A stretch of 64,000 nt of DNA from a virus, in IMG/VR virus record IMGVR_UViG_3300027850_000169, positions 1 through 64,000 of that record; one strand, written 5' to 3'. A program made the translations under genes and the position numbers. This document shows, piece by piece, positions 48,580 to 57,379 of the stretch. Positions within the stretch are counted from its first letter, which is position 1. Each line of letters starts with the position of its first letter. Under the pieces are notes generated by a model, which was given only the letters and a program-made list of their open reading frames with translations, searched no databases and had not been told where the DNA came from.

Positions 48580-50415
48580 TCACCGGGATAATAAATCTAT
48601 CCTTTTTGTTTTTGCCTGTAACGCCCACTTAGACAAACCAATTGAAACTTCCTTCTGTAGAAGTTCAAGGCTTAATTCGCCCCATTTTTTCGCTTTCTTT
48701 GTTGCTACCAATCCTGCGAACAGTGCTAGTTCATCGTTGACCGCCGCATTGATATCACGGTGACACTTCCAGCCGCAGGTACATTCATACAATTTAATTT
48801 TAGGGTCACTCATTGATGCCATCTTGTTTAGGCAGACTGGGCAAGTTTGCGAAGTGTAGGCAGCCGGATTTCTCAAAAAAGTACGTCCGTCACGTGCAGA
48901 TTTCTGTTCTAGTTGTGCAATGAAATCGCCGTGTCCCGCGTCAGATAACGACTTTGCCAACCCAGTTTTTTGAGCTTTCCGGTTTTTCTTGTAGCCACCT
49001 TTCTCTGTATCTTCTTGTGGCTTAGCTTGTGCTCGAAGATTTTGTGATTGCAGCCCGTTTTCACAGGAAATAAATTGATAGTTGGTTACAATCTCAGAGC
49101 TAAGCTTTTGGTTGAATCCCTTGCGTTGACGTTTAATCTTCTCGTGTAGTTTACTAATCCGATTCTGAATCTTTTTCTGTTCACTGGAAAGTGCTTGACA
49201 GTTCCACTTTAACTTTTGCCAGTACATCCCTCCGATTAGGGCAATACCTTCAGCTTCACTTTTGATTTCACAAAGCTTTTTGGCTTTGTCAGGCGAGCAA
49301 TTAATAAGAGCTTTGATGTCTTTGTGTCGCCGTTCAGGATGATTTAACCAGAGAATCAGTCGGTGAGTCATTTTGTTAGCTAGTTCTTTCTGAAGCTCCG
49401 CTAATTTAATTTGAGCGTTCCGGTAGTAACGCGGATTTCCGTACTGCTTGCCGTTGCTTAAACTGATAAAGCTGTCTAGTCCAGGGTCGATTCCTATCGA
49501 CTTAGTTGTTTGTTTAATGCGTCGCCCCCGAACCAATTCGCCCGTTAGTTGGACATAGAAGCCTGAAGCGTATTGACATATTTTGAAGGCGGCAATTTCT
49601 GGAATTGTGCCGTCTGGATTTTTCCACCGACGTGCTAGTCCTTTTAGCCGCAATTCACGAAGACCTGGTATACCTATTAGAGATTGAGAGTTTGCCTTGG
49701 GAACGATGACACCTTTTGGGTTGTTGTGAACCAGGGTTGCAACCTTGTCACGTCTGCGTTTAAACCGAGGCCGCCCCTTTTTTGCACCATTCTGAACCCC
49801 GGCTCTTGACTTTGTGTACTCTTGCCAGCTAGTATCCAATCCAGCAAGAACTCCAGAGCGAAACTTGTACGGCATTTCTGTCATGAATTCGCGGTGTGCT
49901 GTTAGGTTGTTTCCTTTGATGACTTGACCTAACCCGCCCGCCTGTTGCAAACCCGGCTTAGAAATCAACGTTTCGCTGAAATCAACCGACAAAGGGCAAC
50001 TGTAACCAGTAACCGACCCATGTTCTGAGTTCTGCCAGCCCCAAGATTCTTTCTTCTCTGCTGGCTGCGGAACTTTTACCCGCTTCAACTCTCGGATATA
50101 CCAATGAGACTTATCATCGTAAATGACACTGTAGGGCGCTTGGATTATTGACTTACCTTTGTCTTTTGAAACGATTGCACCTTCCTCATCTACAAAGTGA
50201 CTCCAATACTTCCAAGGTAATCGACAGCATGGAGCGTACCCGCCACTCTCTTTACCATCTAAACCGTTCGTAGCTTTGTAGTAGTAATAATTTGTTTCAA
50301 AATCTTCTAAGGCTGACAATCCACAATTCCACACAGACTTAGAAATTTGCAACCACTTTTCTATTTTTTCTTTCTGTTCAAGAGATGGAAAACATTTAAA
50401 TTCTAGTGTGAGCAT
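48580..50415 (-). CDS. c2c8: CRISPR-associated TnpB-derived type V effector, C2c8 (V-U2)-like, 611 aa
   Basis: Start MLTLEFK; PCC, PRFK.RRDKV.TLV, RuvC-I GIDPG, HEKI.RQRKG.N, RuvC-II ISCEN, AKP...GYKKN...K.GL, TSQTCPVC, RuvC-III HRDINAA; stop codon 8 bp from the array. Confidence 0.75.
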   Translation of the reverse strand: MLTLEFKCFPSLEQKEKIEKWLQISKSVWNCGLSALEDFETNYYYYKATNGLDGKESGGYAPCCRLPWKYWSHFVDEEGAIVSKDKGKSIIQAPYSVIYDDKSHWYIRELKRVKVPQPAEKKESWGWQNSEHGSVTGYSCPLSVDFSETLISKPGLQQAGGLGQVIKGNNLTAHREFMTEMPYKFRSGVLAGLDTSWQEYTKSRAGVQNGAKKGRPRFKRRRDKVATLVHNNPKGVIVPKANSQSLIGIPGLRELRLKGLARRWKNPDGTIPEIAAFKICQYASGFYVQLTGELVRGRRIKQTTKSIGIDPGLDSFISLSNGKQYGNPRYYRNAQIKLAELQKELANKMTHRLILWLNHPERRHKDIKALINCSPDKAKKLCEIKSEAEGIALIGGMYWQKLKWNCQALSSEQKKIQNRISKLHEKIKRQRKGFNQKLSSEIVTNYQFISCENGLQSQNLRAQAKPQEDTEKGGYKKNRKAQKTGLAKSLSDAGHGDFIAQLEQKSARDGRTFLRNPAAYTSQTCPVCLNKMASMSDPKIKLYECTCGWKCHRDINAAVNDELALFAGLVATKKAKKWGELSLELLQKEVSIGLSKWALQAKTKRIDLLSR

Positions 50416-50474
50416 AATTGAAAATCTTTTGCAAAGGGCTTTACAAACCCAGTATATCATGTTATCTTAGTAAT

Positions 50475-50668
50475 ATAAAGGTAGGGAGCTTTCACCCCAT
50501 TACCTGTGAGCTTTGACTCAAGAAAGCGAGTGTAGCGAAAGCAGCTTGAAGCTAGTCGTAAGACAGCAATCCTGAAAAATCGAAAGATGCGGGGAAACCC
50601 AAACAGGATAATTATCTAGTAGGGCAAAAGAGTGGGAGTAATCTCGCTCTTTTGTTTTGGATTGAAAC
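50475..50668 (+). ncRNA. Candidate tracr/omega-like scaffold RNA ending in the CRISPR repeat 3' end
   Basis: TTTACA-17-TATCTT (TG-extended) promoter; five GNRA hairpins; anti-repeat CTAGTAGGG; terminal GGATTGAAAC. Confidence 0.7.
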
Positions 50669-50694
50669 TGAAATTGAAATTGAAATTGAATATC

Positions 50695-50723
50695 TTGACA
50701 AGATTAACAGTATCGTTTATAAT
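50695..50723 (+). promoter_or_regulatory. Consensus sigma70 promoter
   Basis: TTGACA-17-TATAAT. Confidence 0.85.
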
Positions 50724-50751
50724 AGTAATATTTACCACTTCCTTCAATATC

Positions 50752-51348
50752 ATGCAATTACTCCTTAATAGCGACTCACCGCAATCCGAAATTGAGATTA
50801 GCCAGCAGTTGCAACTATCTAATAGCGACTCACCGCAATCCGAAGGCATTGAAGAAATTAACTGGCAGTTGCAGCTAGCCAGCAAGGTACAAATCAAACG
50901 GTGTAGCAAATGTGGAGTTTTCTCCAAGCTGTATCAAAGTATCCCGCCAAAACGACTTGACGCTTGGTGCGATGACTGTTTTGTCAATACTCCAGCAATA
51001 GAACGCACTCGAAAAACCTCAGTCGGTGAACATTGGAAGTTGATACAGAAACAAGAAAAAGAAGCTCAAGAAAGAGCGGAATTGGTAGCACAGTTACAGG
51101 CACAAAAGGAATTGCTAGCCGAAAAACGTGCTAAGGAGAGGAAGAATGCACCTAAAAAGTCAAAAAAGAAGACCGTAGAAGGCGCTTATTTGTTAGCCCT
51201 GGACTTTGGGGAGTTGAGCGTTGATGTAGAGGAAGACGAAGCACGGGACGCGATACTGGCACATGATGCACGACGGGCGTACATTGCACGAGCGCAAGAT
51301 AGGACAATTTTTGATGAAGACTATTATGGCGAACGGAATGATGATTAG
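50752..51348 (+). CDS. Hypothetical protein (duplicated N-terminal unit, CxxC pair, coiled coil)
   Basis: ATG 50752 after the promoter; NSDSPQSE twice; CSKC/CDDC. Confidence 0.6.
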   Translation: MQLLLNSDSPQSEIEISQQLQLSNSDSPQSEGIEEINWQLQLASKVQIKRCSKCGVFSKLYQSIPPKRLDAWCDDCFVNTPAIERTRKTSVGEHWKLIQKQEKEAQERAELVAQLQAQKELLAEKRAKERKNAPKKSKKKTVEGAYLLALDFGELSVDVEEDEARDAILAHDARRAYIARAQDRTIFDEDYYGERNDD

Positions 51349-51545
51349 CCGTTCATCCACTGCGCCAATTTAACTAAATTGACTGGGCTCGGTGGCGTTC
51401 CTTGCGCCATCCGAACTCTAGTCCCGTGACTGAAAAGCGATAAACAGATAAAGCTCACTCGCTCCCGACAAGCGACCTAGAGCGCTGTCACCAGTTAAGC
51501 CCATCCACCGAAACCGTTACCCTGCATACGTTCCGAGCTTGTCGG

Positions 51546-51603
51546 AAAAATACTTTTACAAAACGCTTGACAATCCTAGTCGGGTAGCCTATAGTGATAA
51601 CAG
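51546..51603 (+). promoter_or_regulatory. Repeated promoter cassette, copy 7
   Basis: AAAAATACTTT..TTGACA(51567)-17-TATAGT-GATAACAG. Confidence 0.85.
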
Positions 51604-51653
51604 TTGGGAAGCAAATCACTACCCGACACACCAAACTGAACCATGAAAATTAA

Positions 51654-52274
51654 ATGAACACTCAAACTAAACTTGCTCAAGTTGACGCAGAGATTGCCGA
51701 GTTGCAACCCAAGCTAGCGGAAGCGCAAGAGCGTCGGGAACTGCTAGCGTCAGTTAAGCCCGTCTGTGACGCTGCACTAACGGTAATTGATAAGGCTCTT
51801 GACAGGTTGTGTCTAGTCAGTTTATTTAATGAATTTGGATCAAAAGACATTGCCGCCTTCAAGGCAGCAATTGACACTAAATTCAAGTTTATGGAAGACG
51901 AAATTACCTTTCCTGAAATCAAAGCTCTGCAAGTTGTGAAAGTCAAATACATAAGTCTTTCCGACTCCACTAACAAAGCTGTTATCGGTGCATATTTTTC
52001 AGATAGACCCGTCCAACATAAACAACTACAGGTGATAATTCAAGAGTTACAGGCGATTGGAATAAAAGTTGGCAAACCTATTGCTAACCGTTCCGACGTT
52101 AAAGGGTGGCCTCTCCGCTGGGGTCAAGACGAAGCTAGACTCTTCTGGACAGTTGGAGACGGTTGGGCAGTCGAAGCCCTAAAGTCAGGTGACAAGCTAA
52201 AAGGACAATGGGAAGGCTTCGACCTTGACCAGCAACTTGAGTGCAACGGCATTGACATCGACAACATTGACTAA
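51654..52274 (+). CDS. Hypothetical early protein
   Basis: 206 aa, after the promoter. Confidence 0.65.
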   Translation: MNTQTKLAQVDAEIAELQPKLAEAQERRELLASVKPVCDAALTVIDKALDRLCLVSLFNEFGSKDIAAFKAAIDTKFKFMEDEITFPEIKALQVVKVKYISLSDSTNKAVIGAYFSDRPVQHKQLQVIIQELQAIGIKVGKPIANRSDVKGWPLRWGQDEARLFWTVGDGWAVEALKSGDKLKGQWEGFDLDQQLECNGIDIDNID

Positions 52275-52344
52275 CTAATAGCAATCGGGGCTTAATTAGC
52301 CCCGTTCAATTCTAACCACTTTCAAATTACCACACACTAAAACC

Positions 52345-53094
52345 ATGCAAGCTACGAAAACCACAACAAAGACCGAGCAATTCACAGGTACGGTTACAGA
52401 AGCTAAGTTAGTAGAAGCGACCGTTTACGGTATTGACTACAGCGCCAATGAAAAATATGCCAAAGCGCTCAAAGTTACGTTGCAAGCCAATGACGGTCGG
52501 ATGGTGCAGTTTTACTCCCCTAGCGTTACAGCTACTGTTAGTTGCCCCGCACGCTGTCCGATAGCGGTTGTAATCTGTGAAGAAAATGATTGGATTGAAA
52601 AAGTGCAGAGGCAGGGTGAACATAAGGTTGTCGGCGACACCCTTCAACCGAGATTGAAACTAGGCGACCTGGTGACAGTTACGGGCCGGGTAAAAGCGGC
52701 TTATAACAATAGCAAATCAGTCACAATTAACTACACTAAGCTTGTCGAACTGGTATCGTTTGGTGGACGACTACCCCAAAAAGAGTATCTCGCAAATTCG
52801 GGTGATTTTCTTATAACTTACAACGCAAAAGGTGAGCGCGTCCGAGATGAACATAAAACCAACAACGGCGAGATTTGGAGTTACAAGCGCGTAATAAATG
52901 AAGCGCTAGAGAACGGTCACTCTTTTTCTATCCCCTTAGCGGAAATAGACTCCCTCAAGGATAACGCCGCCGACCCAGACGGTTATTGGCTCTATCAGTT
53001 GTTAGCCAGCCAAGAGACGTATTGCCTAGCCTGTTGGCTTGACAGTCGGAGGGAGAAGCCATTCATCAAGAAGCAAGCAACTGACATTCATTAA
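52345..53094 (+). CDS. Hypothetical protein (possible OB-fold)
   Basis: LKLGDLVTVTGRVK. Confidence 0.6.
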   Translation: MQATKTTTKTEQFTGTVTEAKLVEATVYGIDYSANEKYAKALKVTLQANDGRMVQFYSPSVTATVSCPARCPIAVVICEENDWIEKVQRQGEHKVVGDTLQPRLKLGDLVTVTGRVKAAYNNSKSVTINYTKLVELVSFGGRLPQKEYLANSGDFLITYNAKGERVRDEHKTNNGEIWSYKRVINEALENGHSFSIPLAEIDSLKDNAADPDGYWLYQLLASQETYCLACWLDSRREKPFIKKQATDIH

Positions 53095-53138
53095 TCCAAT
53101 GGGGAGCAATCCCCTTTGTTCACTTACGCAACACCAGA

Positions 53139-53822
53139 ATGACGAAAGAATCAGAATCAGTAAAAATGAAATTACACTTAATACTATCAGGCAAGGAGTG
53201 TAATAAATCAGACTTCAAAAACCTCAAAGATTTAGCTCATCGTCGGTTTAGTGACGAGTTCAACGAAGCTATTTGCGATACGACTCTGTGCAATCTTAAC
53301 CCTCCTTATTGGGCGTACTTAGAGTCTTGCGCTAAAAAACTAGAAAATAAGAAATTCAACAAAACTGAGAACAGTCAAGTTTTAGAAGTTCTTCGTTTGT
53401 GGGCGAAAATTATTCCTTTGTTTGAAGAAGTCGCCACACACATAGAAAATGTTCGCAAGGTAAGCGCAGTAAAAGCCCCGTCTCGAACGCTAGAGAATAC
53501 GGGAACTTGCGCGATATGCGCGCAGAACACCAAGCTGTCAACGGGAGGGAAAATAGTCAATCACGGGTACGAGGTTAAATGCCATCAGCACGTAGGAGGA
53601 AGCTGCTTTGGTGTGAATTACGCACCATTAGAAGTGTCATCAGAAGCACGTATTGAATATGTGAAGCATCTCAAAAAGCTTAAGATTGACTTAGAAAGTC
53701 GGGGCAAACTTGTCACGCCATTGTCCGTGGGAGAAAAATTAGTAACAGGAAATCTGAAAGGTGTAAATCGAGAGCTAGCGTTTTTTGAAAAACTTATCAC
53801 TAAAACTATGCAAGCGACCTAG
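53139..53822 (+). CDS. Hypothetical phage protein with Zn motif
   Basis: GTCAIC...HGY...C.G...PLEVS. Confidence 0.6.
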   Translation: MTKESESVKMKLHLILSGKECNKSDFKNLKDLAHRRFSDEFNEAICDTTLCNLNPPYWAYLESCAKKLENKKFNKTENSQVLEVLRLWAKIIPLFEEVATHIENVRKVSAVKAPSRTLENTGTCAICAQNTKLSTGGKIVNHGYEVKCHQHVGGSCFGVNYAPLEVSSEARIEYVKHLKKLKIDLESRGKLVTPLSVGEKLVTGNLKGVNRELAFFEKLITKTMQAT

Positions 53823-53906
53823 AGTACCGTCGTCAACCGATTCAATCCACACAAGCTGGGGGAATTCAGTCCTCCAGCTTGTTAACACCTACTCAACGCA
53901 ACCAAG

Positions 53907-55523
53907 ATGACATTAACACCTCGAACAGTTCCAGAATTAATTGCAGAAATTGATATCCTTACCTCTGAAATTCAAGAATTGTATTTGCAGGGAAATCCAT
54001 TCGTTGTTGGATGGAGTGGAGGCAAAGATAGCACAACCGTGCTTCAACTTATATGGAATGCTATTAAGCGACTACCAAAAGAACAGCGCAAATACCCTCT
54101 TTATGTGATTACTAATGACACTTTAGTTGAAAATCCAATTATTTCCGCCCATGTTAGGAATGCTTTGAAGTTGATAGATGCGGCAGCAAAAGAGCAAAAT
54201 ATACCTGTTATGACTAAAATGACAACCCCTGAAATAAAGAATTCTTTTTGGGTTTGTTTAATTGGGAAAGGTTATGCCGCACCACGACAAGGGTTTCGTT
54301 GGTGTACTGACAAGCTTAAAATTAGACCCGCTGAAAAATTTATCAACGAAGTGGTTACAATCGAAGGTCAAATGATACTTGCTCTTGGTGTTCGAGAGGC
54401 TGAAAGTGCGACGCGAGCTGCGAGTATGGAAAAACAACGTGAATTTAAAGTAAGTGAAAGATTAAATAAGAATCAACTACACGTTGGTTCACTTACTTAC
54501 AGTCCAATTCGGAGTTGGCGCACGGATGAAGTCTGGCTTTATTTAATGCAGTACGAAAATCCTTGGGGATGCGACAACAAGGATTTGTTTGCAATATATC
54601 GAGGCGCAACAGCGGATAACGAATGCCCTCTAGTTGTTGATGCTTCCACTCCTAGTTGCGGAAGTTCTCGTTTTGGTTGCTGGACGTGTACTCTTGTATC
54701 TAAAGACAAGTCTACAGAAGCAATGATTCAAAACGATGAAGACAAAGAATGGATGCAGGTTCTACTTGATATTCGCAATGAGTTAGATGTTCGTGATGAC
54801 GAAGGAAAACACGCTGACCATGACAAAAGAGACTGGAAAGGCAACTCAGGAAAAGTAAGGTTTTACACTAAATTTTACAATGCGAGGGAAGAAGATAATT
54901 CTACTATGCTTAAGCCTGTTCCAGGGCCCTACATCAAATTTTGGCGAGAACACTGGCTGAGGCGAGTCTTGGAAGCACAAACTCAAATACGCAAAACCGC
55001 ACCAGAAGAAATGCGCGACATCACCTTAATCACCCCAGAAGAACTTAGCGAAATCCGCCGCATTTGGAGAGAAGAGAAACACGAATTTGACGATAGTTTG
55101 CCCCGGATTTACGAACAGGCTACAGGAGAGTCGTTTGCAGACATTTCTTGTACAGATGAACGAAACGCTTTGGGTAAAGAAGAATGGGATATCTTGTCTG
55201 AAATATGCGAAGAAGATGAAACGCATTTTCACTTGATAGCAAGCCTCCTCAACGAAACAAATAAAACACATTTAAAGACGCGCCGCAAAGATGTATTCAA
55301 AGCATTGGAAAAATGCTTTGACGCTAATTCCCGCTCTATGGAGGAAGCGGTTGCAAGCAGTCATGAAAAAAACAAGTTGACCAAGACTGTTGAATCCGTA
55401 AAAAAAGAAGGTCTTGGCGAACTCAATAAAGTTAAACAAATGTTAAACAAAGATACTCCCAATAGCAAACAGCTTTCTTGGGCTGACGTTAAATTCGCAC
55501 CGTCTGTCGAACAATTACAATAA
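53907..55523 (+). CDS. dndC: DNA phosphorothioation sulfurtransferase DndC
   Basis: WSGGKDS, DTLVENP, FWVCLIGKGY.AP..FRWCT..LKI.P, ECPLVVD.STPSCG.SRFGCWTCT. Confidence 0.9.
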   Translation: MTLTPRTVPELIAEIDILTSEIQELYLQGNPFVVGWSGGKDSTTVLQLIWNAIKRLPKEQRKYPLYVITNDTLVENPIISAHVRNALKLIDAAAKEQNIPVMTKMTTPEIKNSFWVCLIGKGYAAPRQGFRWCTDKLKIRPAEKFINEVVTIEGQMILALGVREAESATRAASMEKQREFKVSERLNKNQLHVGSLTYSPIRSWRTDEVWLYLMQYENPWGCDNKDLFAIYRGATADNECPLVVDASTPSCGSSRFGCWTCTLVSKDKSTEAMIQNDEDKEWMQVLLDIRNELDVRDDEGKHADHDKRDWKGNSGKVRFYTKFYNAREEDNSTMLKPVPGPYIKFWREHWLRRVLEAQTQIRKTAPEEMRDITLITPEELSEIRRIWREEKHEFDDSLPRIYEQATGESFADISCTDERNALGKEEWDILSEICEEDETHFHLIASLLNETNKTHLKTRRKDVFKALEKCFDANSRSMEEAVASSHEKNKLTKTVESVKKEGLGELNKVKQMLNKDTPNSKQLSWADVKFAPSVEQLQ

Positions 55524-55542
55524 AACACCTTGAAGACAAAAC

Positions 55543-55576
55543 AAACCCCGCAACTAGCTAGCTAGTTGCGGGGTTT
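55543..55576. terminator. Perfect 34-bp palindrome, likely bidirectional terminator
   Basis: aaaccccgcaactagct|agctagttgcggggttt between convergent genes. Confidence 0.75.
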
Positions 55577-55588
55577 TTGCGTACAGAT

Positions 55589-56185
55589 TTAAAGTCCTGT
55601 AGGCTTGCCGTTGACGCGAGTAAACACCCGTCCCCAGCCATCGCTCGGATTAGCCCAAAGTTCACGCATCAAGTCAAAGCTGTAGCGGTCATTCTTGCCA
55701 GTATAACCCCCAATGCTCCGATAGAAGTTCTGAGCGCCTTCGCGGACACCGTATGGGTCATTTATAATGATTTGCTTGGTGTTTTTATCGTATCCAACTA
55801 TGCAAACAATATGTCCTGAACTCTTGTAAATAAGCCCTGCTGGCATAGGCATATCTGCGTCAATGGAGGCGATTACATGGTCAATATTTAGCGACGTGCT
55901 GAAGTATGATTCCAGTTCTAGTTCTGCGAGTGCACGAGTGTTTGCGGTATGGTCTGTCGTATCCCCGAAAGTGTTCAATATGCGGCCATAATAAGACTCT
56001 CCCTCGCTGTAACCTAAACGTTTCGCCGCATCAGTCAACGACTCTAATCCGTGACGCTTCAAAATGTAATTTGCAGCCATCGCATTCGATGTCATGCAGC
56101 ACTGTCTCGAACCCGACCCAAACAAGTTAGAATCGTTATCATTTTGGTCAAAGTGGTCAACATTTAACAGCTTTTTAGTAGTCAT
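55589..56185 (-). CDS. Peptidase C39-like protein (putative endolysin)
   Basis: QNDN..QCCMTS, GHIVCIVGYD, NDPYG; located in the lysis cluster. Confidence 0.75.
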   Translation of the reverse strand: MTTKKLLNVDHFDQNDNDSNLFGSGSRQCCMTSNAMAANYILKRHGLESLTDAAKRLGYSEGESYYGRILNTFGDTTDHTANTRALAELELESYFSTSLNIDHVIASIDADMPMPAGLIYKSSGHIVCIVGYDKNTKQIIINDPYGVREGAQNFYRSIGGYTGKNDRYSFDLMRELWANPSDGWGRVFTRVNGKPTGL

Positions 56186-56191
56186 AAATTC

Positions 56192-56407
56192 TCACGGTAA
56201 TTGAACTTTTTTATGAATTCGTAGTTTAATTATTTTAATGATACAGAGAGTTCTTACTAGGTCAGCTTCAGCATTTTCCCTTAATCCATGTGCCGCCATT
56301 CCCGATATGTAACCATATTGAATCGACATATCTTCTAAAGCATACAGCAATTCTTGCAAGGTAGAATCTGGATTTTCCAATACTTGAGAAACTTGATATT
56401 CTGGCAC
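56192..56407 (-). CDS. Hypothetical protein
   Basis: 71-aa ORF within the operon. Confidence 0.4.
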   Translation of the reverse strand: MPEYQVSQVLENPDSTLQELLYALEDMSIQYGYISGMAAHGLRENAEADLVRTLCIIKIIKLRIHKKVQLP

Positions 56408-56442
56408 GTTCTTCAGAATTAAATCTGTAAAATTTTACGATT

Positions 56443-56862
56443 CTAATTATTGTTGTCAATGTCTTCTAATGAGCCATCTTTTACGGTGTTAGAATTTCTG
56501 AAAGTTGTTCCAGATACTACTATTGTCACCATAGTATTGATTGCAACTATCATCTGAGAGGGGATTTCGCGGTCTGCCCATATTAGAAAGTTGTAGTTGA
56601 TAACCGCAGTTACCATAGCAAGGGCTAAGCCCATCAAAGCATAATCAATGGTTGATAGTTTTACTTTTGATTCTTGTTTAAGACCTGTCGCTTTGAATAC
56701 ACTAGACATAACGCTTCCTCCGCCAAAACTACCAAGCAATGCGATTAAGTCTGTTGGGATTGTTTTATTTGTCCAGGTCAAAAGCATATAACTAATTATT
56801 ATCAATATAGCGCTTGTCGCCATAGTGACAATTACATAATCCGCTAAAAATAACTGCTTCAT
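56443..56862 (-). CDS. Holin-like four-TM protein
   Basis: Two repeated TM hairpins (DY...W..K/R.IP). Confidence 0.55.
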   Translation of the reverse strand: MKQLFLADYVIVTMATSAILIIISYMLLTWTNKTIPTDLIALLGSFGGGSVMSSVFKATGLKQESKVKLSTIDYALMGLALAMVTAVINYNFLIWADREIPSQMIVAINTMVTIVVSGTTFRNSNTVKDGSLEDIDNNN

Positions 56863-56867
56863 TTATC

Positions 56868-57317
56868 TCAACCCTCATAAAAATCGGACTCGTTAACTTG
56901 ATTTAGTCGTCGTCTTTCTCTCTCCCATTTAAGCTTTTCTCTTAGTCCCTCTACTCGGTCTGCGGGTGAATCATATCCACCCGCGATGAAGTCACTAGCA
57001 CCCATGACCGTTCCTAATAGTTCATGGACTAGAGCCATTTGCTGTTGAAGCGTTTCAATATTGTTGGCATTTGGTTCGACTCTGCGAAGAAGTTTGTTTA
57101 CATTGTTCTGGTTTTCTTGAGTCTTCGTTTTCGCCACATAAACCAATTTGAAAAGTATTGCATAAGCACCTTCAAGTTTCCTAATTTTTTTCGACAGGAA
57201 AAGAAAAGCAACAATATTGATTGCACTTAATATGATAGACACATATAGCAATAGCTGTAAATAATTGCTATATAAATCAAGGTCAACGTTAGTCGCGTTC
57301 CAGCCAATAATTTCCAC
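56868..57317 (-). CDS. TM plus coiled-coil protein (lysis-associated?)
   Basis: N-terminal TM followed by a coiled coil. Confidence 0.5.
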   Translation of the reverse strand: MEIIGWNATNVDLDLYSNYLQLLLYVSIILSAINIVAFLFLSKKIRKLEGAYAILFKLVYVAKTKTQENQNNVNKLLRRVEPNANNIETLQQQMALVHELLGTVMGASDFIAGGYDSPADRVEGLREKLKWERERRRLNQVNESDFYEG

Positions 57318-57379
57318 TGTAGTAATAGAGGTTTCAATGTAGTGAATCTAGATCAATTGTTTATGTATTTCACAAACCT

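Noticed and set aside
50416-50428. 12/13 match between the RNA's 3' tail (aattgaatatctt) and the effector's start region, suggesting autoregulation
   Set aside because: AT-rich, guide-distal and too short to distinguish from chance
48580-50460. Calling the effector Cas12k (CAST) or a plain IS TnpB
   Set aside because: RuvC residues are intact, there is no tnsB/tnsC/tniQ and no IS end hairpins; the track's first 15 codons overlap the promoters, so the start was moved to 50415
50767-50844. 24-nt direct repeat as a mini-CRISPR
   Set aside because: In-frame 54-nt coding duplication with similar 'spacers'
50616-50927. 103-aa minus ORF and N-terminal extension of the 238-aa ORF (KLKLKL / FNFNFN)
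   Set aside because: Artefacts of the TGAAAT repeat and RNA hairpin; a consensus promoter at 50695 points to ATG 50752
55543-55576. Perfect palindrome as a protelomerase site
   Set aside because: It lies between convergent genes with A/T tails and fits a bidirectional terminator; no protelomerase in the window
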